Below are positions 1 through 10,084 of a stretch of DNA of 64,000 nucleotides, piece after piece. A program made the translations under genes and the position numbers. Positions within the stretch are counted from its first letter, which is position 1, and each line of letters starts with the position of its first letter. The notes beneath the pieces were generated by a model that did not search any database, was not told where the DNA came from, and was given only the letters and a program-made list of their open reading frames with translations. Location: the NCBI GenBank assembly GCA_051362555.1, contig CM120643.1, positions 14,110,644 to 14,174,643 of the forward strand. Reading direction: 5' to 3'. The stretch comes from Lingula anatina (Eukaryota; Animalia; Brachiopoda).

Positions 1-148
1 TGAATTTCATTTTTTGCAGTCTGATCCTAACAGTATCAGTGAACGTGAGAGTTAGATCAACTTAAACAGCAATTAAACACTACAGCATAACGTCAACTTT
101 TCTTTTCATATAGTATAGAATTTTTTACATCAGATCTCTATTCCTCAG

Positions 149-492
149 GTATCTCAAGCTGTGCTGTCAAGAACGGTGGCTGTGACCAGGTGTGTAGGAT
201 GACTCTGGACAACCAGGTGTTGTGCTCCTGTCACCCTGGGTACACGCTCAGCACAGATGGACACACCTGCACAGGTGAAGTAGAAGAGAAGGATTAACAG
301 TGTTATAAGCAGTATTTCAGCTCATTAAGGGTTTATTATTCAGTCTTGCTTTTTGTTTGTTTGTTTGGTTGTTTGTTTGTTTGTTTGTTTGTTTGTTTGT
401 TTGTTTGTTTCCAAGGTACATGCAAGGTACATTTTTATGTTTGATATTTTATTCAAATTGTCTTTTAAAATTGGTGCTACATCTCCCAGTAT

Positions 493-527
<35 letters not shown>

Positions 528-3500
528 TTATTATTTTTATTTTAATTTTTTTGGTGACTGTTATCTTGGCAACAGCATGTTCTTGCATACACTGATTGCT
601 GACAGGAGTTAAAGTGATATTAATATTTTTGTAAAAGTACTAAAAATGGCAACAGAAAGCAGGTGATGCAACTGAAAGGTTACTTTCCACAAGTGCTGTG
701 AAACACCAGGGTGATTTTACAGTAATAAAGAATACATATTTAAAATGTTTCAGATATTAACGAGTGTCTGGATGTAAATGGCGGTTGCGAGCAGCTGTGT
801 GTCAACACTAGAGGGAGCTACAGATGCACATGTCTCCAAGGTTACACTGTAGCCGACAACTTTAGGAAGTGTCAAGGTTAGTTTGTGTCACGTGAACTGT
901 ATATATATGAGCTTGTGAATACAGTTAATTATTTTGCCTATGATTATGTTGAGTTAAAATGGAATGATTAATATTTCATGTTTTTACTTTATATTTCAAA
1001 GTGTGAAAATGATTTTTGTGAGGGTTACCACTGCACTTATGCTTTACTTAGTATTTATTTAACAGATTAATATTTTAGAGACTTAAACCCTATTCAGATA
1101 GACACATTTTACTAGTTGGTTGGTCCAACTCTGCGGGGATTCTTGCTAACTGCAATCAGTGGAATCAGCTTAATTGTCTGACATGTCACCTTGAGCAGTT
1201 GGGGGGATTGAGCTGAAATAACCTGAAAGTTAATTACCCCATAGCTGCTTAAGGAGGCGGACCATTAAGTAAAACCGATTGCACTTAATGAGAGCCCCAG
1301 CAGAGTTGAACTGACCCAACTAGTGCAATGTATCTGAATGCTCCCAAAATGGAAAAAAAATGAAACAAATTCTTCTGCAAAGAAAAAAAATTCACAAACA
1401 CTGCGATGTGATTATTATATACTCAGTATCTATCAGTAACTTTTAATTTGTGTCTTTCAATTTGATTCAACAAAAAGTTTTGAAATTATTGTTAAAGTAG
1501 TATCAAAAGACAGAAGTTTAATGCAAACTTCTTCATCTTCCTTGTTTTATTTTCAGCTGTCTGCAACCCGCCATGTTTAAATTATGGCCAGTGCGTGGCT
1601 CCCAACAGGTGCCTGTGTCCCGCAGGCTATCCCGGCCCAGGTTGCTCTCCCATGTGTAACCCTCCCTGTGCCCATGGTGGCACCTGTCTCAGGTGGAACC
1701 AGTGTATTTGTCCACCAGGGTGGACTGGGCGTGGATGTCTTACTGGTCAGTTTTCAGACATGCCTATCATGAAAGAAAAATAGAAAATTCCATCAACAAG
1801 AAAGTGATTAAGCAAAATATTGCCTTTGTGGCACATGCTGTTGTTTGTCTTTGTCAAGCTGTCTTTAAACTTATAATATTGTTAGGCATGTTGTATCCAG
1901 TGTTCTATCCAGTGGCAAAATAACACAGTCAATCGTTTTAGAAAAATGTTAAAGAGGTAATTTATTTGTTTTTGATTTTGCATGAAAACACAGTTATTTA
2001 AAATATTGTCCATACAGATTTTTATGTACAGACACAGATGTGTCTGTACATATTGCCATCACCTGCGTCTGTCGTCGCCGTCGCCGATGGCGATGGCGAT
2101 GCCGATGCCGGCGCCGTGCACTTTCCTTGTAAACACGACAAGTGGAGGGCAGTTTTACTTTTTGGCTTTATATTTACAGAGCTGATGAATATTCATAAAA
2201 CGCAGGTCAAGTTCGAAAATCAGTATGATCGGGCCATTATTCTACAAGTTATGCTGTTTTTTCACTTTTCAGCATATATGCAACCCTGTAAACACATTTT
2301 AAGGAAAACTGTTAGGCCTATTGTCATGAAACTCACAGGAGTAATCAATCTTACTAAAACGCGGGTCAAGTTCGAAAATCGGCATGATCAGGCCACTATT
2401 TTAGTAGTTATGCTGTTTTTTCATTTTTCAGCATATATGCAACACTGTAAACACAATATATGAAAAACAGATAGGCCAATTGTCATTAAACTCACAGGAG
2501 TGGTAAGTCTTACTAAAACGCAGGTTGAGTTCGAAAATCAGCATAATCGGGGCATTATTTTAGAAGTTATGCTGTTTTTTCACATTTCCTCAGATTCAAT
2601 TCTTAGGCATGTTAACAGTCTCATTATTGAACTAATAAGATACATAAAAGTGTTTGTTTGACATTTCCTACATCTTTACAACATTGTTAGTTGATTATGT
2701 AAAAATGATGGTAAACTTGTTATCATGTATTGTGTAATAAAGTGTCAAAAATGGAAATAAACTCATATCATTGCAGTTTGTCAGATTCAATCATTCACTA
2801 TATTCAGATTCTCAGAATGAAGGAAATTGGACATTTAACACTATTCTATTGATATTTTTCCCATCTCATCAATTTTCTTAGTTGATCATATAAAAATTGC
2901 AGTAAACTGTTTATTTTGTTTCATGTTAAAAAAAGTGTTAAAAATGGAAATAAACCCATGTCAGAACAGTGCTGTCTTGTTTTATTTTAAATTTACATTA
3001 AAATGCAAGTTTTTAAATGTTTGTTTGTTTTTTTCAGCCATTTGTAATCCAGTGTGCCAAAATGGAGGGCAGTGTATTGCCCCAGACACCTGTCAGTGCC
3101 ACTCTGATTACAATGGGGAAAGGTGTCAGACAGGTACTAGAAGAAGAGTTGTCCCTCTTGTCTGTGAGGTGCCAGTAATATCAGGCCCTTAGCCGGGGGG
3201 TGGGGGGAGGGTGGAGGTTGAAAGATCCCCCCCCCCTTTCTGCTGGGAAAAGGCTCTCTCTGGGTAAAATTTTATCTAGGTACATGTACATGAAGGTTAC
3301 ATGTTAAAAGGTCCATTTTTTCAGAAAAAGAATCCCTCTTTTGCAATTGCTGGCTACAGGGGGGGGATTCAGGCAAGTTAAGGCAATTTTATTTTCATTT
3401 TTACTTGTACATGATTTTTCTTTCCTGGCAGATCATTGCTGATGTCCTCTGATGGAGTCATTTCATCAAAAAGCGATCAAAGCACACCACCATGATTTGA

Positions 3501-6500
3501 TTGAAAATAATGATTATGAAGAACATATTAAGTCCTGAAAACAAATGAAATTCTAGATTTAAGATTACATTAAACCCTGTTTTGAATTGCCCAAAAAGGA
3601 GACCAATTTGATATTTTTTAAAATTTATAAATATAACACAATAAAACACATTTTCTACATTATACTCATCCTTTGTTACCATAATGCAGGTATAATACAT
3701 TATTTCAGTTCAGTGTACACCACCCTGTGAGAATGATGGGATATGTTCCCAGGTGAATGTCTGCATCTGTAAGGAAGGCTACAGTGGACCAAGATGCCAG
3801 GATGGTCAGTTATAGAATGTGTTCTAACAAGATAGATAAATGTGGACTAGTTCATGTCTATGTGACATGAAAGAAACTCCCATCAGATGACATAAGATTT
3901 AAATTGGCCATTTTTATGTACAGACACAGATGTGTCTGTACATATTGCCATCACCTGCGTCTGTCGTCGCCGTCGCCGTCGCCGTCGCCGATGCCGATGC
4001 CGGCGCCGTGCACTTTCCTTGTAAACACGATAAGTGGAGGGCAGTTTTACTTTTTGGCTTAATATTTACAGAGCTGATGAATATTCATAAAACGCAGGTC
4101 AAGTTCGAAAACCAGCATGATCGGGCCATTATTGTAGAAGTTATGCTGTTTTTTCACTTTTCAGCATATATGCAACCCTGTAAACACATTTTAAGGAAAA
4201 CCGTTAGGCCTGTTGTCATGAAACTCACAGGAGTAATCAATCTTACTAAAACGCAGGTCAAGTTCGAAAATCGGCATGATCGGGCCACTATTTTAGTAGT
4301 TATGCTGTTTTTTCATTTTTCAGCATATATACAACACTGTAAACACAATATAAGAAAAACAGATAGGCCAATTGTCATTTAACTCACAGGAGTGGTCATT
4401 CCTGCTAAATCGCAGGTTGAGTTCGAAAATCAGCATAATCGGGCCATTATTTTAGAAGTTATGCTGTTTTTTCACATTTCCTCAGATTCAACTGTTAGGC
4501 ATGTTAACAGTCTCATTAATGAACTAATAAGATACGCAAAAGTGTTTGTTTGACATTTCCTGCATCTTTACAACATTGTTAGTTGATTTTGTAAAAATGA
4601 TGGTAAACTTGTTATCGTGTATTGTGTAATAAAGTTTCCAAAATGGAAATAAACTCATATCATTGCAGTTTGTCAGATTCAATCATTCACTATGTTCAGA
4701 ATCTCAGAATGGAGGAAATTGGACATTTAACACTGTTGTATTGATATTTTTCCCATCTCATCAATTTTCTTAGTTGATCGTATAAAAATGGCAGTAACCT
4801 GTTAATTTTGTTTTATGTTAAAAAAAGTGTTAAAAATGGAAAAAAAAAAACATTTCAGAATAGTGCTGTCTTGTTTACATTCTGGCATTTTCAAGTTGTG
4901 ACTTTGAAGTTCCATGGGCCTGAAGACCTTTGCTAGTCACATTTTCTGAATATCCATGATACTAATATTTTATTATTAAAAATTGATGGTCATTATGCTG
5001 TTAAACATTATGTAATATTGCATCAAAATTTGAAAAAAAACTATTTTGGGCACTGCTCCCATGATGACCATTTAAGAAAAACCATGTCACTTACTGTTCT
5101 CAAACAGTACAGTAAATATGTACAGATGTGTCTGTACATATTGCCATCACCTGCGTCTGTTGTCGCCGTCGTCGCCGGTGCCGACACCGTGCACTTTCAT
5201 TGTAAACATGATAAGTGGAAGGCAGTTTTACTTTTTGGATGTATATTTACAGAGCTGATGAATATTCATAAAACGCAGGTCAAGTTAAAAAATCAGCATG
5301 ATCGGGCCATTATTGTAGAAGTTATGCTGTTTTTTCACTTTTCAGCATATATGCAACACTGTAAACACATTTTAAGGAAAACCGATAGGCCTGTTGTCAT
5401 GAAAATCACAGGAGTAATTGATCTTACTATAACACAAGTCAAGTTCGAAAATCAACATGTTCCACGGGCTTGAAGACCCATGCTAGTCACATTTTCTGAA
5501 AATCCATGATACGTGTATTTTATTATTAAAAATTAACGGTCATTTTGCTGTTAACCATTATGTAATATTGCATCAGAATAGAAGAAAACACAATTTTGGG
5601 TGCTGCTGCCAAGATGACCATTATGGGAAAACCATGTTACTTATGATTGTCAAACTTTCACAAAAGAAATACAGGACTAAAATGCAGAGTAATTGATCTT
5701 ACTAAAACGCAGGTCAAGTTCAAAAATCGGCATGATCGGGCCACTATTTTAGTAGTTATGCTTTTTTTTTTCACTTTTCAGCATATATGCAACACTGTAA
5801 ACACAATATAAGAAAAACAGATAGGCCAATTGTCATTAAACTCACAGGAGTGGTCATTCCTGCTAAATCGCAGGTTGAGTTAAAAAATCAGCATAATCGG
5901 GCCGTTATTTTAAAGAAATGCCGTTTTTATGTACAGACACAGATGTATTTTACCTGTTGAGCATAATTAAAATTTGATGTTGAATTTGCAGTTTAACAAA
6001 ATGTACTTTTGCATCAGAATTGACAGTAGCCTTTTTTGTTATTTCCTGCTTTTTGTCTGTACATTTGACAGCTTTGCTGCCTTGTTTTCTGATATCCTGG
6101 AAAATGAAGAATATTAATTTAGCAAATTATGAAATTTCTAAAATGCACTTTATGTATATATTTGAAATTGAGCATGTTACCATTGTTTATCCAAGGTTAA
6201 GAATCATTAAGAAGGTTCCACTTATACTTTCTTCATCCTGTCTTGTCTTATAGCACCCCCTGTATGCATTCCTTCCTGCCAAAATGGTGGTCAGTGTGTT
6301 GGCTACAATAGGTGTCAGTGTACCATTGGACACAGTGGACAGTGGTGTGAGAAGAGTAAGTTTTTTTTCAAATATTGGCACAGCCTCACATTTTAGGCTC
6401 CTCTTTTTTTCTTCAAGAGACAAAATATTATTGAAGCAGATATAATTAAAAGTAAAATTCCATATTCGGATTGTAGTCAAGTTAAGGCAATTTTATTTTC

Positions 6501-8036
6501 ATTTTTACTTGTACATGATTTTTCTTTCCAGGTTTTACACTCCGTCTGTTATTGCTATTAGAAAAGTATTTTAGCAGTCCAATCCACCAAATATGTTAAT
6601 ATCTTGTATTTACTTCCAGGCACTGCAAGTGTGTGTAGACCACCTTGTCTCCATGGCGGCACTTGTCACTATGGCAACAGGTGCGACTGTCCACAAGGCA
6701 CACGTGGGTTCAGATGTGAACACAGGTAGGAATTTATGAAACAGTTTTTTTTCAGAATTTGTTGTGAAGATGCCTTGGGTTGTACAACCAAAAAAGCTAA
6801 TTTAATAAAGATCAAGAATATATATTATAAGCTGGGAAAGGAATGCAGTTCAATAAGAAACTTTAGAGATAGGGCAATTGACTAAGATGAAGGTGCTGGC
6901 CACATTTTAATTTTGAAATGATCTTTTATGTTTGGTCCATAGATATACATGCAAATCAAGGATCTTTATCATAAGCTTTGTACAGAAAAAGAAGGCAGGT
7001 TATATTTTAGGTAAAGTCTATATGCTAATTTTCATGAAAGGCTGCAGAGATGAGTTACACACTCTCAAGATATTTACAGGTTTCTTGCTCAACTAACCTC
7101 TCAAAGGACTGGGAAGTGGTATTTTTTAAGGTGTGAGTTTTTGTTGATCTTAGGGATTTATAGCAACAACTTAGGTATACCATATATTAAAATAGGATCA
7201 ACTCTGCCAGATTTTGTGATAACATCATCATCATCATCATCATAATCATCAAGGCCTGGTGCAGTTATCAACAATCATGGTCCTCCAGTTTACTCTGTTT
7301 TCAGTCAGTTGAATGAGCTCGTTATTGTGCAATTGTTTAATTTGTTGCATTAAGGCTCTCAGTGTAATATGTTCTTTGTCTTCCTCTGCCTCTTCCTTCA
7401 AATTTCCCACTGCATACCCATTTTACTATTCCATCTTTTCTGATGGTATGGCCCAAAGATTTCATTTGTTTTTTTTTTCTGTAATAGCATAATTATATTA
7501 CCTCTGAATCAATTGTAGATCCTGTGCCACAGTGACTTACCTGAAGATGGAGAGCAGAGCAGTCAGGGTCCCAGTGAAGGAGGCCTACACCATACCCTGC
7601 GGCAGGTTCAACTGGAGAACTTGCACCAGATATCGGTAAGCAATCCCCACTAGATGAGTGCTATAGCCAGCAAATCTAGCCTTTGAATTTTGTAAAGGAT
7701 ACGCATATCTTTGTAGAATGTGTGGTGTGAAATAGTTGAATTTTTATTCCTATCTTTTTTTCTTATGTCTAAAATTAATTTCTGAGGGCATACAGGAGTT
7801 TGATAAGCACTAAGCACAAACTGATCACTACTACAGCATCTGTAACTTCGTAACTCTGACAGGCTGAATTGTTGTGGCAGTATTATCAAAGATGAAAACT
7901 CCTAGATATTTTTTGGAAATATGTGAAAAATACTGAATTTGTAAATATAAAGATGGAATATTTGTTTCCTTTCAGAACTGTTCAAAAGCATGTTCACAGG
8001 ACGTTCCACAGAGTGGGCTACAAAATCCAGTGCTGA
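149..8036 (+). CDS. 3' part (9 exons) of a multi-EGF-repeat extracellular protein (VWDE/WIF-type EGF repeats plus a calcium-binding EGF) ending in an EMI-like module; 5' end lies upstream of the window
   Basis: Exons with AG/GT boundaries and consistent phase: 149-274 ([30 protein letters not shown]), 754-876 (cb[30 protein letters not shown]), 1557-1745 (two EGFs, [28 protein letters not shown]..), 3038-3133, 3709-3804, 6254-6355, 6620-6725, 7519-7635, 7976-8036 (TGA at 8034-8036). EGF exons are flanked by phase-1 introns, typical of EGF modules. Confidence 0.9.
353..410. repeat. (GTTT)n microsatellite; an (ATTT)n tract follows at ~491-530
   Basis: Directly visible tetranucleotide repeats in the first intron. 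Confidence 0.95.
1092..1340. mobile_element. MITE with long imperfect terminal inverted repeats
   Basis: Left ATTCAGATAGACACATTTTACTAGTTGGTTGGTCCAACTCTGCGGGG..TGCAATCAG is the imperfect reverse complement of right CGATTGCA..CCCCAGCAGAGTTGAACTGACCCAACTAGTGCAATGTATCTGAAT; no ORF. Confidence 0.7.
2019..2982 (+). mobile_element. Helentron-associated non-autonomous element (HINE/DINE-1-like), copy 1, 3'-truncated
   Basis: T-run plus palindromic head ATGTACAGACACAGATGTGTCTGTACAT, then a (GCCGAT)n microsatellite, then tandem core repeats (AAAACGCAGGTCAAGTTCGAAAATCAGCATGATCGGGCCATTATT..). Near-identical to the copies at 3911, 28275 and 34306. Confidence 0.8.
3182..3360. mobile_element. CAG-ended MITE family (TIR CAGGCCCGTAGCCAG), degenerate copy
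   Basis: Left CAGGCCCTTAGCC, right CTGGCTACAGG; internal GGGTAAAATTTTATCTAGGTACATG..AAAAGGTCCA shared with the copies at 26580, 30611 and 48370. Confidence 0.75.
3911..6088 (+). mobile_element. HINE copy 2, composite (additional internal heads at ~5117 and ~5923) with intact 3' end
   Basis: Same head as copy 1. The 3' end GTCTGTACAT (inverted copy of the 5' subterminal ATGTACAGAC) is followed by hairpin GACAGC-TTT-GCTGCC and TTGTTTT, the typical Helentron/HINE arrangement. Confidence 0.8.
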
Positions 8037-8814
8037 ATGTCCTACAGAGCGAGGCTTATAGAAGACAGAGTGGAGCGTAGATACAGGCCCCTCTCCTCAT
8101 ATAGATTATAATCAGCAAATGTTTTTGAGTCAGCAAAATTTTTATTCAAGTGAAGTGTAACTTTGTTTTAAGCAGGAGTTTAATCAGATATTGATATGAA
8201 CAGAATGAAAATGAACAATGGACCGTTTATTAGGACTTTGTTTGTGGTATTTCACACTGGTTATATCAGCAGGGCAGATGAAAGCCGTCTTCTGGGACTT
8301 CTGTCCCCCGCCCCAACGCCCAACCGTTGGATGTTTGGTTTAGCATCTTTTTGGACAAGCTCTATGTCGGAACCAGCAACTTATTTTCCTAAGTGGAAAA
8401 TACTGGATACATTTGACTACAAGGATTACTTTCTTTTCAATAAATTTGCATATTAGTAAGTCCAAATGTGTTTTTATGTACATTCATATATATTTATAAA
8501 TGTGTGGCCAGTAGTATGAATATAGTGGTCTGACATGGCCTGTAGATATTTCTTTAAAAATACGTTTTTCTGCAAGTTTTTAATTAATATTTTGAGTGCA
8601 TTACATGAGGGAAATTCTTCCGGAAAGATCCGACTACTAGTATTAATTTGCAATAGAGATAAATGTCCAGTCTGATTGAAATTTTTATTTGGACCAGTGA
8701 TTCTAAATTCAGACCGGTAAATTTTAAGACACTGGACTTCGGAAAGGCCAAGGCACATTCTGCTTAACGCGTCCAGATATTTTTATTTGGTTGTCTTCAT
8801 TCCTGAGCAAAATT

Positions 8815-9258
8815 TTATCACGAAAAGCGGCAAATACGACCACAAGTGTATGGGCTACAATCCAGTGCCATAACGTCGGTTTGAATGGTGTTCGCAGGTA
8901 AAGGAGAAATTTGAGAAACCAATTTGTTTCCATTTTTCACAGACGACAAAGTTTGTCCAATTTACGGCGACGGGCGAAACGAACGAAACATCCACCCGAG
9001 TTTGATCTTTTCCTACATGTACACAAGGGGACGATCGGCAATATCTACAACATCGTTGTGAGCAACAAACACTCCGTAATGGCCATAACCATGCATGGAC
9101 TCTGGTGAAAACCGCTCAATATTGAAATCAGGAAGGACCGTCCGTATAACGACTCCCACAACGTCTTCGAGTCGTCAAACCTCCATTTACTGGGCTGGAA
9201 ACCACAAGGTTTGCAGCAGCCGATTCGATGGTACCAAAAGCATGGGTCAGACTACTGA
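8815..9258 (+). pseudogene. TGDS: Decayed intronless dTDP-D-glucose 4,6-dehydratase (TGDS/RmlB-like) C-terminal half
   Basis: Collinear motifs across frameshifts: SRKAA (~8818), DDKVCPIYGDGRNERN (8942-8989), FDLFLH[VH]KGTIGNIYNIV (from 9001), in-frame TGA at 9106-9108, IEIRKDRPYND (from 9121), LLGWKPQ-GLQQPIRWYQKH (to 9258). These match the family pattern SKAA..P(I/V)YGDG.N.R..KG..GEIYNIG..V.DRP.ND..LGW.P..GL..TI.WY. Confidence 0.7.
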
Positions 9259-9983
9259 GAACAGAAGACCGCTAATCTTATATTTATACAAATGCATTCT
9301 CTTCTTTGTGGGATCTCAGTGTTTGAAAATATACTTCATCTTCATCAATATTTTTCCTCACCCGCAAGGTTTATTCGTAGGGAGTTTCGAAAGACGCTTA
9401 TTTTACACACTTTTTTTTGCTATTTTAGATAATGAGGCTATTGGATTCCAGTCCACTGCAGAAGTAGTCGGCGGTGCTGCTCTATCGACAGAGGCTTCCT
9501 CAGAGGTCGCCTTGCATAGCTATAGCCTAGTCGGAGTTTTGTTTAACTATGGGAAGTTTTCATAATGAAATATATCAGTTTGGTGCATCAAGTTTTTATC
9601 TTTTTAATTTGGTTATGATACAAGTACATGTAGGCCTACTTGGTCGATTTTGATAGTTTATCCATTCAGACTATTCCATTTATTCAATCCTATTCTAATA
9701 ATGTTTCTTTTTATTTTATCATTACATTTTTACATTATGGTACCGTAGATAGGTGAAGTATTTTACGTCGTTTTACATGGTTTTTGGATTTATATAATTA
9801 ACAGATAAAAAATGACAGCTGACCGTGAGCAGAGATGATGCCTGTACAGTTTGTAGATAACATTTGCTTTTGGTGTTGTATTCATAAATGACTAGTACTT
9901 TATTTGTATATATGTTAGTTTGGATTGGATTATTATCGCCATTTCTGTGGCGCTGTTCAAAGGTTAAGCACGAACAAGCACGT

Positions 9984-10019
<36 letters not shown>

Positions 10020-10063
10020 ACAATCTGCTAAGCTACCAATTGCAGCAGAGAATATCATGTCTG

Positions 10064-10084
10064 TTCCCCTCCAGATGGCGCTAT
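10064..10084 (+). promoter_or_regulatory. CTCF-like binding motif (also contains a YY1-like AGATGGCG core)
   Basis: TCCCCTCCAGATGGCGCTA closely matches the bilaterian CTCF core CCASYAGRKGGCRS; intergenic, downstream of the EGF gene. Confidence 0.4.

Noticed and set aside
353-595. Hydrophobic ORFs 353-595 and 357-545
   Set aside because: Translations of (GTTT)n and (ATTT)n microsatellites in an intron.
2038-2463. Recurring ORFs beginning [13 protein letters not shown].. (also 3930-4382, 5018-5473, 29659-29919) that look like a gene family
   Set aside because: They are translations of the HINE head, microsatellite and core repeats; lengths and frames vary between copies and they lie within introns.
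2190-2590. Regularly spaced repeats superficially resembling a CRISPR array
   Set aside because: The units are whole tandem repeats without unique spacers, inside a eukaryotic transposon; no cas genes.
9095-9565. 156-aa + strand ORF (MDSGENRS..)
   Set aside because: Off-frame reading across the TGDS relic and AT-rich flank; no recognisable motif.
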